Origin: Bacteroidota bacterium
GTDB lineage: Bacteria > Bacteroidota > Rhodothermia > JANXDC01
Reading direction: 5' to 3'
NCBI GenBank assembly: GCA_025998875.1
Contig: AP024675.1
Coordinates: 1,178,978-1,242,977 of the forward strand
DNA length: 64,000 nucleotides
Shown: in pieces, positions 9,159 to 21,503 of the stretch
How the letters are laid out: each line of letters starts with the position of its first letter
How positions within the stretch are numbered: position 1 is the stretch's first letter
Made by a program: the position numbers and the translations under genes
Notes under the pieces: model-generated
The model's input: only the letters and a program-made list of their open reading frames with translations
Database searches by the model: none
What the model was told of the DNA's origin: nothing

Positions 9159-10420
9159 GCTGCGCCCAGATAGGGGATCAGAGCCTCGGGCACGCGCACC
9201 CGTCCATCGGGATGCTGATAATGTTCCAGCAGCGCTGCCACCACGCGCGGCAGGGCCAGGCCCGAGCCGTTGAGCGTGTGCACGAACCGGGGACGGGAAC
9301 CGTCCCGGGGTCGGAAGCGCAGGTTCATGCGCCGGGCCTGAAAGTCCTCAAAGTTTGATACGCTCGATACCTCCAGCCAGCGGCCCTGGCCGGGGCTCCA
9401 GACCTCCAGATCGTATTTCTTGGCCGGCGTAAAGCCCAGATCGGCGGTGCACATGAGCAAAACCCGATAGGGCAGGCCGAGCAGCTGCAGCAGGCGTTCT
9501 GCATCTTGGCGCAGGCCCTCCAGTTCCTCGTAGCTCGTTTCCGGATGGACGATTTTGACCAGCTCGACTTTGTCGAACTGATGCAAGCGGTTGAGCCCGC
9601 GCACCTCCCGTCCGTAGGAGCCGGCTTCACGTCGGAAGCAGGGACTATAGGCGCAGAGCCGGATGGGCAGATCCTCCTCATCGAGGAGCTCATCCCGATA
9701 GTAATTGGTAACGGGCACCTCGGCTGTGGGGATAAGAAAGAGCTCATCGCGCTCGACGACGTACATGAGATCCTCTTTGTCGGGGAGCTGACCTGTGCCT
9801 CGAGCGCTCTGGGCGTTGACCAGCAGGGGGGGTTCCATTTCCACGTACCCCCGTTGATTGGCCTCATCGAGAAAGAAGGCGATGAGGGCCCGCTGCAGGC
9901 GGGCCCCCCAACCCACATAAAACGGGAAACCCGATCCGGTCACCTTGGCGCCGCGGGCGAAATCGATGATCCCCAGCGATTCGGCGATCTCCCAGTGCGG
10001 TTGTAGCCCCTCCGGAGTCCGGGGTTCGCCCCACTGGTATACGACCCGGTTGTCTGCTGGTGAGTGGCCGATCGGCACCGTGGGGTGGGGCAGATTGGGG
10101 ATCTGCAGGAGCAGGGATTCCTGCTCGGGCTCGATCTCCTCCAGGCGGGCTTCCAGGGCCTTGAGCCGCTCCTTGAGCTGCACCGTACGGGTTCGGAACT
10201 CCTCGGCCTGCTGGTGTTGACCCTGCTGGAAGAGCTGGCCGATCTGTCGAGAAAGCGTGTTGAGCTCTGCCCGTATCCGGTCGGCTTCGGTCTGCAGGCG
10301 GCGACGCTCTTCGTCCAACGCAAGTATCCGGTCCACCAGCTGGGGATCCCCCGCCTGTTTGAGTATAATGGCCTCTCGGACCCGTTCCGGTTCGTGGCGA
10401 AGCAGGCGAATATCGATCAT
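9140..10420 (-). CDS. serS: Seryl-tRNA synthetase
   Basis: [41 protein letters not shown]. Confidence 0.99.
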   Translation of the reverse strand: MIDIRLLRHEPERVREAIILKQAGDPQLVDRILALDEERRRLQTEADRIRAELNTLSRQIGQLFQQGQHQQAEEFRTRTVQLKERLKALEARLEEIEPEQESLLLQIPNLPHPTVPIGHSPADNRVVYQWGEPRTPEGLQPHWEIAESLGIIDFARGAKVTGSGFPFYVGWGARLQRALIAFFLDEANQRGYVEMEPPLLVNAQSARGTGQLPDKEDLMYVVERDELFLIPTAEVPVTNYYRDELLDEEDLPIRLCAYSPCFRREAGSYGREVRGLNRLHQFDKVELVKIVHPETSYEELEGLRQDAERLLQLLGLPYRVLLMCTADLGFTPAKKYDLEVWSPGQGRWLEVSSVSNFEDFQARRMNLRFRPRDGSRPRFVHTLNGSGLALPRVVAALLEHYQHPDGRVRVPEALIPYLGAAWIPAS

Positions 10421-10448
10421 GGCCCCTGAAGACCTCGATCTGTGGGCG

Positions 10449-10480
10449 CCAAGCTACGAGGGCCGGAGGGGAAGGTGCAA
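10449..10480 (-). promoter_or_regulatory. Putative serS promoter (TTG-N21-TAGCTTGG on minus strand)
   Basis: Same spacing as other promoters in the window; divergent from rpmE promoter. Confidence 0.5.
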
Positions 10481-10484
10481 TCTG

Positions 10485-10515
10485 TTGCCCCGAGGTGAGC
10501 TGTTGCGTACCTTTG
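10485..10515 (+). promoter_or_regulatory. Putative rpmE promoter (TTG-N20-TACCTTTG)
   Basis: Exact TAnnTTTG -7 element with TTG 20 nt upstream. Confidence 0.7.
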
Positions 10516-10545
10516 CCCAAAATAGCCCAACAGCAGGAGTCTGCG

Positions 10546-10767
10546 ATGAAGCCCGGCATCCATCCCGAATACCATGAGGTGACCGTGCACTGCATATGCG
10601 GTAATACCTTCAAGACGCGCTCGACGGCCAAGAAGGAGATCAAGGTCGAGATCTGCGCCGTCTGCCATCCCTTTTACACGGGCAAGCAGAAGTTTGTCGA
10701 TACCGCAGGGCGCGTGGAGAAATTTCTGCGCAAATACGGCAATACGTACTCCTCGCCCTCTTCTTGA
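10546..10767 (+). CDS. rpmE: 50S ribosomal protein L31 (zinc-binding CxC...CxxC type)
   Basis: [40 protein letters not shown]. Confidence 0.97.
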   Translation: MKPGIHPEYHEVTVHCICGNTFKTRSTAKKEIKVEICAVCHPFYTGKQKFVDTAGRVEKFLRKYGNTYSSPSS

Positions 10768-10796
10768 GCTTGCCCTCCCTTTTGGCCTGACCTTCA

Positions 10797-10820
10797 AGGG
10801 GCGGCTTGCAAGCCGCCCCT
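10797..10820. terminator. Perfect inverted repeat after rpmE (possible terminator or stability hairpin)
   Basis: AGGGGCGGCTT-GC-AAGCCGCCCCT; no immediate T-run. Confidence 0.5.
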
Positions 10821-10844
10821 GTGCGTTTTCGGGAGGCTGGAGCC

Positions 10845-12101
10845 ATGTCCTTGCTCGTATACCTGGTCGAAGACGAAGCGGTGGCCCATTTCCTGCCGCT
10901 GGTCTGGACGCGCCCGATTTTTGATCTGCGTCTGGGCGTGCACACCCTCTGGGAAAAACACCGACGCTACTGGGGCAGCAGGGTGGAATTTCGGGCCTGG
11001 GTGCGTCCGTTTCTGGCCCGCTGGACGGCCGAGACTTACGGTATCGAGGTCAACCGCTGGGACGTGGCTACCGAAGCGGTTCTATGGGTAAACGCCCGCT
11101 GGATTCCCACCGAAGCGCAGGTGCGGGCACTGCGGGAGACCCGGGGGCCGGCCAGCTGGTGGGCGGGGTCGGAGTGGCTCGCCCTGCGGCTGGAAGGAGA
11201 GGCCATCTCCCGCTGGGATCCGCACCGATGGAGTCCGGGTCAGGTTCCGGATTCTTGGCCGCGGATACACTGGCCGGAGGCGCGGCTGCTCAGGCGGCTC
11301 TGGGAGCTGATCTCCATCGGCGCCTTGGAGCTGGATCGGGAGCTGGAGGCCTTTCCGCTTGGCACGGTGGAGGGACGCCTCCATGGTGGGGTTGCTTTGC
11401 TGGCCCCGGAGCGTGTCTATATCGCCCCCGGCGCAGTCGTCTATCCCGGAACCGTGCTCAACGCCGAAGGGGGACCGATTGTGCTCGATGAGGGGGCGGA
11501 GGTGGGCGAGCTGGCCGCCATACGCGGGCCCTGCTATATAGGGCCGCACAGCCAGGTGCGTATGGGGGCCTTGCTGTACGGAGGTACGAGCATTGGCCCC
11601 GTCTGCAAGGTGGGCGGGGAGATCGCCATGAGCACTTTTCAGGGATATGCGAACAAGGCCCACGAAGGGCATCTAGGGCATGCCTGGATCGGCTCCTGGG
11701 TCAATCTGGGCGCCGGAACGCACAATTCGAACCTGAAGAACGACTATCATCCCGTGCGCATCTGGGATGCCGTCGAGGGGCGCTTTGTGGATTCCGGGCA
11801 GCAGTTTTTGGGCCTTTTCGCCGCCGATCATGTTAAATCCGGTATCGGGGTCACCTTCAACACGGGCACCGTCGTGGGGGTCGGGGCGAACGTGTTCGGG
11901 GCCGGTTTTCCTCGCACCTACCTTCCCTCCTTCAGCTGGGGAGGGGCAGGCGGGCTGAGCACCTATCGGCTGGATCGGTTTCTGGCCATGGCCGAACGTA
12001 TGATGGCGCGTCGCAATCGGCAACTTGGTGATGCAGAACGGGAGCTGTTGTGTTATGTTTTCGAGGCCACCCGCTCGGAACGCACCTGGGAGGCAAGATG
12101 A
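10845..12101 (+). CDS. GlmU-related sugar nucleotidyltransferase / hexapeptide-repeat acyltransferase (Bacteroidota-type alternative GlmU)
   Basis: FLPLVWTRPIFDLRLG N-terminus; left-handed beta-helix repeats; NKAHEGHLG, NLGAGTHNSNLKN. Confidence 0.8.
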   Translation: MSLLVYLVEDEAVAHFLPLVWTRPIFDLRLGVHTLWEKHRRYWGSRVEFRAWVRPFLARWTAETYGIEVNRWDVATEAVLWVNARWIPTEAQVRALRETRGPASWWAGSEWLALRLEGEAISRWDPHRWSPGQVPDSWPRIHWPEARLLRRLWELISIGALELDRELEAFPLGTVEGRLHGGVALLAPERVYIAPGAVVYPGTVLNAEGGPIVLDEGAEVGELAAIRGPCYIGPHSQVRMGALLYGGTSIGPVCKVGGEIAMSTFQGYANKAHEGHLGHAWIGSWVNLGAGTHNSNLKNDYHPVRIWDAVEGRFVDSGQQFLGLFAADHVKSGIGVTFNTGTVVGVGANVFGAGFPRTYLPSFSWGGAGGLSTYRLDRFLAMAERMMARRNRQLGDAERELLCYVFEATRSERTWEAR

Positions 12102-13447
12102 GGCCAGCCCGCCGAAGTTCCCTCCGCCGTCCATCCCCGGAAGCATCGAGCCGGGAGTGGGCCCTCTATGAGGTGCGCCGGGCCGCAGAGGAGGGCGCCT
12201 ACACGAACCGGCTGGCCGATGCGGACGAGCTCCCACCGGGGATGCGGCGTCGGACCACGGAGCTCGTTCAAGGGGCGCTTCGCTGGCGCCGATACTGGGA
12301 TTTCGTCCTGGAGCGATGGGCACGACGCCCGGATCGGCTGGAGCCGGCTATCCGGGCCATGCTGTGGATCGCCCTCTATGAGCTGCGCTTCAGCCGCGCC
12401 CCCGCCCCTGTTGTTGTGCATGCCTGGGTGGAAATCGCCCGCCGTCATCGGCACGAAGGGGCCGCGGCGTTGCTCAATGCCCTTCTGCGCCGGGCCACCC
12501 GAGAGCCCGTATGGCCCGAGCCCGATACGGCGGATCCGGTCCAGCGCCTGGGAATCCGATACTCCTATCCGGACTGGATTGTGTCCGGATGGCTACAGGC
12601 ATACGGTCTGGTGCGGACCGAGGCTCTGCTGCGCTGGGGCAATGAGCGGCCCCGCTATGCTGTACGCCTGAACCCGAGGCGGATTAGCTCCTGGGAGGAG
12701 CTGGGGCTGTCGAAGATGGATGGGGAGCGAATACGACCCGAGCCCGTTTCGGATCTGGAGCGAACCTTCTGGGTGCATGCGCTGCAACCCCTTCGGGGTG
12801 CGCTCCAGGAGGGGCGGCTTGCGGTCCAGGATCCGGCTGCTGCCGCAGTGGTGCGGATACTCGATCCGCGTCCGGGTGAACGCGTGCTCGACCTCTGCGC
12901 CGCACCGGGTGGAAAGACCCTGCTGATGGCGGAGTATATGCGCGATCAGGGCCAGATCTGGGCGCTGGATGCCCATCCCGGTCGGCTTGAGGAGCTCAAG
13001 CAGAATGTGGCTCGACACGGGACGCCTATCGTGCGCCCAATACAAGCCGATGGGCGCTGCTGGGGGGCGGAGGAGCCCTTTGACCGGGTACTGGTCGATG
13101 CGCCCTGCACGGGACTGGGGGTGCTGGCCAAGCGGGCCGATCTGCGCTGGTCGCGCCATCCGGAGGATGTGCCCGTTCTGGTGGCCCTGCAGCGGGAGTT
13201 GCTGGATAACGCGGCTCGACTGGTTCGTCCGGGCGGGGTGCTGGTCTACGCCACCTGCACGTTGTGGCCGGAGGAAAACGAGGCGCAGGTGGCGGCCTTT
13301 CTGGCCCGACATCCGGACTTCGAGCTCGAATCCGCCTCCGGGCGGGTTCCGGATGCCTGGGTGGATGCCTCTGGATACCTGTACACCTTTCCTCCCGAGA
13401 CGGGGACCGATGGCATGTTTGCGGCGCGCCTGCGCCGGCGCTCCTGA
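12098..13447 (+). CDS. rsmB: 16S rRNA m5C967 methyltransferase RsmB
   Basis: NusB-like N-domain; DLCAAPGGKT, DAPCTG, VYATCT; ATGA overlap with upstream gene. Confidence 0.92.
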   Translation: MRPARRSSLRRPSPEASSREWALYEVRRAAEEGAYTNRLADADELPPGMRRRTTELVQGALRWRRYWDFVLERWARRPDRLEPAIRAMLWIALYELRFSRAPAPVVVHAWVEIARRHRHEGAAALLNALLRRATREPVWPEPDTADPVQRLGIRYSYPDWIVSGWLQAYGLVRTEALLRWGNERPRYAVRLNPRRISSWEELGLSKMDGERIRPEPVSDLERTFWVHALQPLRGALQEGRLAVQDPAAAAVVRILDPRPGERVLDLCAAPGGKTLLMAEYMRDQGQIWALDAHPGRLEELKQNVARHGTPIVRPIQADGRCWGAEEPFDRVLVDAPCTGLGVLAKRADLRWSRHPEDVPVLVALQRELLDNAARLVRPGGVLVYATCTLWPEENEAQVAAFLARHPDFELESASGRVPDAWVDASGYLYTFPPETGTDGMFAARLRRRS

Positions 13448-13499
13448 GCGGGAACGGGGGAGCTCTACGGTGTGGTTTAGGTTTCCGACCGCGCTGTCC

Positions 13500-13530
13500 T
13501 TGATTTTCCTGCCCGCGGGGTGTACTTTTC
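13500..13530 (+). promoter_or_regulatory. Putative sdh operon promoter (TTG-N20-TACTTTTC)
   Basis: Window-wide promoter spacing; precedes AGGAG Shine-Dalgarno of sdhC. Confidence 0.6.
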
Positions 13531-13578
13531 GCCCGCCCGCGCCATATGCACCCCGACGGGCCAAGCAGGAGAATAGCG

Positions 13579-13941
13579 ATGAAGTGGGATCTGCTGTTTC
13601 GCTACCGGATGCGGCCGGGGATGTTGGCCTGGCTTCTGCATCGCATCAGCGGTCTGGCGCTCGTGGGCTATATCGTCATCCACGTCTACGGGCTACGCGC
13701 ACTGACGGACCGGGAGCAGTTTAATGCGCTTATTGCGGGCTACCATCATCCCGTTTTCCGGATCTTGGAGATTTTTCTCCTGGCCGCGGTGACGTATCAT
13801 GCGCTCAACGGTCTGCGGATTGTGCTCATTGATTTCCTCGGGTGGTCTCCCAAGCAGAAACGGCTTTTCTGGACACTTTCCGGCGCGGCCGTGCTGATCA
13901 TCGGGCTGGGCGCCTACCCTATTTTGCGAATGTTTCTGTAA
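13579..13941 (+). CDS. sdhC: Succinate dehydrogenase cytochrome b subunit
   Basis: WLLHRISG, IVIHV, YHALNGLRIVLID; 3 TM. Confidence 0.93.
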   Translation: MKWDLLFRYRMRPGMLAWLLHRISGLALVGYIVIHVYGLRALTDREQFNALIAGYHHPVFRILEIFLLAAVTYHALNGLRIVLIDFLGWSPKQKRLFWTLSGAAVLIIGLGAYPILRMFL

Positions 13942-13959
13942 GGCGTGAGGACTCTGAAC

Positions 13960-14439
13960 ATGGCGCGCACCTATGAGCCTGCTTCACGTCCCCGAGCGTT
14001 CTGGTGGTTTTTCCATCGCGTCTCGGGCGCTGTGCTGGTAATCCTGCTCATCGTGCATTATTGGGTACAGCACTATGATCCGGCCACGGCGACCATGACC
14101 CCGCAGATACTGGCCGAGGGGGAACTGCCCCGTTACGGGGAGGCGGCCCAGAGGCGGACGGGGATGGAGGAGCCCACTCCGTATGATCTCGTCATGGCCC
14201 GCCTGGCCGATCCGGCGTATGCCTGGTTCTGGAAGACGTTTAACCTGTTGTTTCTGCTCTTTGCTCTGCATCATGGTTTCTATGGGCTGAGCAATATTCT
14301 TGGTGATTACCTGCGCCATGATATGGCCCGCCTGATTGCCAATGTGCTGATCTGGATCCTCGCTCTGGTGCTGTTGCTTATCGGGGCCTATTCGGTGATC
14401 ACGGCGGGCTGGAATTATTCCGGACCGGCTGTGGGATAG
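13960..14439 (+). CDS. sdhD: Succinate dehydrogenase hydrophobic anchor subunit (with loop insertion)
   Basis: WFFHRVSG, LIVHY, ALHHGFYGL...GDYL; 3 TM. Confidence 0.88.
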   Translation: MARTYEPASRPRAFWWFFHRVSGAVLVILLIVHYWVQHYDPATATMTPQILAEGELPRYGEAAQRRTGMEEPTPYDLVMARLADPAYAWFWKTFNLLFLLFALHHGFYGLSNILGDYLRHDMARLIANVLIWILALVLLLIGAYSVITAGWNYSGPAVG

Positions 14440-14452
14440 GAGAGGGCACAAC

Positions 14453-16276
14453 ATGGCCATCTTTGAACATGAGGTTGTCGTGGTCGGTGCCGGGGGGGCA
14501 GGGCTCATGGCGGCCCGATACGCCTCCGAAGGGGCGGACGTGGCCGTACTGAGCAAGCTTCATCCGTTGCGTTCCCATACGGGTGCGGCTCAGGGAGGCA
14601 TCTGCGCCGCGCTGGGCAATGAGGAGGAAGATCACTGGATTTGGCATGCCTTCGATACGGTCAAGGGCTCCGATTATCTGGGCGATCAGGACGCGATCGT
14701 GATCATGTGCCAGGATGCCCCTCGTACGATCATCGAGCTGGAGCACGACGGGGTGCCCTTCTCCCGAACGCCGGACGGCAAGATCGCCCAGCGGCCTTTC
14801 GGAGGACATACGCGCAATTTCGGAGAGGCCCCGGTGCGCCGGGCCTGCTACGCAGCCGACCGGACCGGACACGTCATTCTGCATACGCTCTATGAGCAGT
14901 GCCTGAAGCGCAAAGTGCGTTTTTACAACGAATTTCAGGTGCTCGATCTGCTCATTAACCCGGACGGCGAGGTGGCCGGTGTGGTGGCCTACGAAATCCG
15001 CACCGGCGAGATCCACACCTTTCGCGCCCGGGCCGTCGTGCTCGCCACCGGCGGCTACGGACGCGTCTACAAGACCACCTCCAATGCGCACGCCAATACG
15101 GGCGACGGATTCGCCATTGCCCTGCGGGCCGGGATTCCGCTCGAGGACATGGAGTTTGTCCAGTTCCATCCGACGGGCATGTATCGACTGGGGATTCTGA
15201 TCACCGAGGGCGCCCGGGGCGAGGGGGGCGTGTTGCGCAACCGGCTGGGCGAGCGCTTCATGGAGCGGTATGCGCCCACGGTCAAGGATCTGGCGCCGCG
15301 GGATGTGATCAGCCGGTGCATCTACCAGGAGATCCGGGAAGGGCGCGGCATCGACGGCAAGGATTACGTCTATTTGGATCTGACCCATCTGAGTCTCAAG
15401 CAGATCGAGACCAAGCTGCCCGAGATCGCCACGTTTTCAAAGATCTACCTGGGCATCGATCCCTCCCGAGAGCCCATCCCCGTGGCCCCTACCTGCCATT
15501 ACGCCATGGGCGGTATCCCGACCGATCCAGACGGGCGCGTCTACCGGGCGGTTCGCCTGCTTGAGGGCCGAGATGGGAACTATCAAGATGAGCAGGGCCG
15601 CTGGGTTACACCCCGTTTCGAGCTCGAATACGTGCCCGGTCTGTATGCGGCCGGCGAGGTGGCCTGCGTATCCGTGCACGGAGCCAACCGGCTGGGGACG
15701 AATTCCCTGCTGGATCTGGTCGTTTTCGGCCGCCGGGTGGGCAAGGCCATCGTGCAGCAGCTCGAACGCGAAGGGCGCCGGCTGCCCGCGCTTCCGGATG
15801 ATCCGGAGCGGCGCGCTCGCCAGACCCTGGAGGCGATCCTGAGCCGTAGCGAGGGAGAGTCCGTAGCCCAGGTGCGGGCCGATTTACAGCAGATGATGAT
15901 GGATAACGTCTCGGTCTTCCGTACCGCGGAGACGCTTCAACAGGCTCGGCAGGCCATAGCCGAGATCCGCAACCGGGCCGAGCGGGTACGCATCGACGAC
16001 CACGGTCGGCAGTTCAACACAGACCTCATGGAGGCCTGGGAGCTGCTTTCCCTCGTCGATGTGGCCGAATCGATCATTCACAGCGCCGAGGCGCGCACAG
16101 AAAGCCGCGGCGCGCACAGCCGGGAAGACTATCCGAAACGGGATGATGCCCGGTGGCTCAAGCACACGCTCTTTTACCGATATCCGGATGGCTCTGTGGA
16201 GCTGCGCTATCGGCCCGTGACGATCCTGCCCGCGGAGCAGTATCCGTTCTTCCAGCCCAAGGAACGCAAATACTGA
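14453..16276 (+). CDS. sdhA: Succinate dehydrogenase flavoprotein
   Basis: GAGGAG, RSHTGAAQGG (covalent FAD His), EFVQFHPTG, HGANRLGTNSL, RTESRGAH. Confidence 0.99.
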   Translation: MAIFEHEVVVVGAGGAGLMAARYASEGADVAVLSKLHPLRSHTGAAQGGICAALGNEEEDHWIWHAFDTVKGSDYLGDQDAIVIMCQDAPRTIIELEHDGVPFSRTPDGKIAQRPFGGHTRNFGEAPVRRACYAADRTGHVILHTLYEQCLKRKVRFYNEFQVLDLLINPDGEVAGVVAYEIRTGEIHTFRARAVVLATGGYGRVYKTTSNAHANTGDGFAIALRAGIPLEDMEFVQFHPTGMYRLGILITEGARGEGGVLRNRLGERFMERYAPTVKDLAPRDVISRCIYQEIREGRGIDGKDYVYLDLTHLSLKQIETKLPEIATFSKIYLGIDPSREPIPVAPTCHYAMGGIPTDPDGRVYRAVRLLEGRDGNYQDEQGRWVTPRFELEYVPGLYAAGEVACVSVHGANRLGTNSLLDLVVFGRRVGKAIVQQLEREGRRLPALPDDPERRARQTLEAILSRSEGESVAQVRADLQQMMMDNVSVFRTAETLQQARQAIAEIRNRAERVRIDDHGRQFNTDLMEAWELLSLVDVAESIIHSAEARTESRGAHSREDYPKRDDARWLKHTLFYRYPDGSVELRYRPVTILPAEQYPFFQPKERKY

Positions 16277-16473
16277 TGAGCGGCTGGTCCACCATGGCCC
16301 TTGTACTGGCGGCCGTGTTGAGCCTGGTGGCCGTAGATGGAGCCCGCCGGGCGTGGGCTCGCTATCGGAATGGGGAATATCGCCTGCTCGGACTGCTCCT
16401 GCTCTGGGGCGGGCTCCTGCTCGGATGTGCGTTTCTGTGGCTGGGCTACTGGAGCATGCGCGGCCTTCCGTGA
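16276..16473 (+). CDS. Hypothetical 65-aa two-helix membrane protein inside the sdh operon
   Basis: TGATG overlap with sdhA stop; MSGWSTMALVLAAVLSLVAVDGARRAWARYRNGEYRLLGLLLLWGGLLLGCAFLWLGYWSMRGLP; fills the sdhA-sdhB gap. Confidence 0.65.
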   Translation: MSGWSTMALVLAAVLSLVAVDGARRAWARYRNGEYRLLGLLLLWGGLLLGCAFLWLGYWSMRGLP

Positions 16474-16490
16474 AGGCGAGGAGAGGAACT

Positions 16491-17189
16491 ATGCAGGTAA
16501 CGGTCAAAATCAAGCGCTTCAATCCGGAGACCGACGAAGCACCGCACTGGGAAACCTATCACGTGCCGGCCGATCCCATGGATCGGGTGCTGGACCTGCT
16601 CAACTACATCAAATGGCACATCGACGGCACACTTACCTATCGGCGTTCCTGCGCGCACGGGGTTTGTGGATCGGACGCCATGCGGATCAACGGGGAGAAC
16701 AAGCTGGCCTGCTCGGTGCTGGTCAAGGACCTGGGTCCGGAGATCACCATCGAGCCCCTACCCGTTCTGCCCGTGATCAAAGACCTCGTCGTGGACATGA
16801 CGAGCTTTTTCCGCAAGTACGAGGCCGTCAAGCCCTGGCTCATCAACGACGATCCCCCTCCGGAGCGGGAGCGCCTGCAGAGTCCACGGGATCATGCGCT
16901 CATCGAGGAAGCCACCAAGTGTATTCTCTGCGGCGCCTGTACGCAGAGCTGTCCTTCCACGTGGGCTGATCCCGATTACTTGGGTCCGGCGGCGCTGCTG
17001 AAGGCTTATCGGTTTGTCTTCGACTCTCGGGATCAGGGGACCGAGGAGCGGCTTCGCATCGTCGACAGCAACCAGGGCCTGTGGAAGTGCTATACGATTT
17101 TCAACTGCGTAGAGGCCTGTCCGAAGGAAATCGATGTCACGCGCTGGATATCGGCGCTCAAGCGGCGTGCCGTCACCGCCCGGTATTGA
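16491..17189 (+). CDS. sdhB: Succinate dehydrogenase iron-sulfur subunit
   Basis: CAHGVCGSD, CILCGACTQSCP, CYTIFNCVEACP; GAGGAG Shine-Dalgarno. Confidence 0.98.
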   Translation: MQVTVKIKRFNPETDEAPHWETYHVPADPMDRVLDLLNYIKWHIDGTLTYRRSCAHGVCGSDAMRINGENKLACSVLVKDLGPEITIEPLPVLPVIKDLVVDMTSFFRKYEAVKPWLINDDPPPERERLQSPRDHALIEEATKCILCGACTQSCPSTWADPDYLGPAALLKAYRFVFDSRDQGTEERLRIVDSNQGLWKCYTIFNCVEACPKEIDVTRWISALKRRAVTARY

Positions 17190-17216
17190 TCGATCGGGTG
17201 TAGCGGGTTAATTTTG
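17186..17216 (+). promoter_or_regulatory. Consensus promoter TTG-N20-TAATTTTG at the end of sdhB
   Basis: Exact TAnnTTTG with correctly spaced TTG. Confidence 0.65.
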
Positions 17217-17220
17217 TCTG

Positions 17221-17318
17221 TGCCCCCTTAGGGGGGTCCGATAAACCCCAACCAGGTTCTGTTGGCTTCACCACTTGCCAGGCGCGCGCCGGAGAGGCGA
17301 CGCGCCTGTTTGTTTCTT
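17221..17318 (+). ncRNA. Candidate ~95-nt small RNA or attenuating leader (class not recognised)
   Basis: Lies between a consensus promoter and a 12-bp GC hairpin (17279-17308) followed by TTTGTTTCTT; no plausible ORF; several alternative stems. Confidence 0.4.
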
Positions 17319-17375
17319 GCCGGCCGATTTTCGTAATTAGCGCCGCTCCGGGCTCTGGCGCCGGCAAACTGGACT

Positions 17376-18301
17376 ATGCGCAAACCCCCTCTGTTGCGAT
17401 CTGGGGATCGGATTGCCATCACCGCCCCGGCCAGCCCGCCACCGGATCTGGCACAGGTCGAGGCCGGGGTGCGGTACTGGGAACGAAACGGGTTTCGGGT
17501 AGAGGTGGGCCCCTCTGTGTATCGTTCCTGGGGATATCTGGCGGGTGCAGATCAGGAGCGGGCACGCGAGCTGGAGCGCTTCTTCCTCGATCCGGAGGTG
17601 CGGGCCATCGTGGCTGTGCGGGGCGGATATGGATCTCTGCGTCTGCTGCGCTATCTGGACTGGGATGCTCTGGCCGCTCATCCGAAGCTGCTCATCGGCT
17701 ATAGCGATCTGACCGCACTGCAATGGGCGCTTTGGGCGCGTCTGGGACTGGTCAGCATCTCCGGGCCCATGCTCGCCTCCGATTGGGCCGATCCGGACCC
17801 GGATACCGAGGCCTGGTTCTGGGATCTCATCGGCGGGGCTCCGGAGCTGGAGATCCGAGACGAGGGGCTCATCCCCTGGCGCTCCGGGGAGGCCGCTGGA
17901 ATCCTTCTGGGGGGCACGCTGAGCCTGATCGTCCGCCTGCTCGGCACCCCGTTTTGGCCTAGGACGGCGGGGACGATCTGGTTTCTTGAGGATGTGGGCG
18001 AGCCCCCCTATCGGATCGATGGCATGCTGGCTCAGCTGCTCCTCTCCGGCCACTGGGAGCAGATAGCCGGGGTGCTCTGGGGGAGTTTTACCGAAAGCCC
18101 TCTCGTATCGGGTCCGACGTTTTCCATGCGCGAGGTCCTGGAGCAGTACAGCGTTTTCGTCTCGGGTCCGGTGATCTTTGGTTTGCTCTACGGACACCTG
18201 AGGAGGCGTCGTAGCCTGCCCATCGGGGTTCCGGCCCGGGTAAGGGTCGGTCCGGGAGGCGAGCTGTGGGTGCGGATAACCTCTCCGGTGGAGACGAGAT
18301 A

Positions 18302-18302
<1 letters not shown>
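17376..18302 (+). CDS. ldcA: LD-carboxypeptidase, peptidase S66 family
   Basis: AVRGGYGS (Ser), LIGYSDLTAL, FLEDVGEPPYRIDGML (Glu), YGH (His). Confidence 0.9.
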
Positions 18303-21494
<3,192 letters not shown>

Positions 21495-21503
21495 AGGGGG
21501 CCC

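Noticed and set aside
17221-17318. Assignment to a known riboswitch (ZTP, purine, PRPP, SAM-I, TPP) or to SRP/6S RNA
   Set aside because: Core consensus nucleotides of each class, as recalled, are missing; kept only as an unclassified candidate
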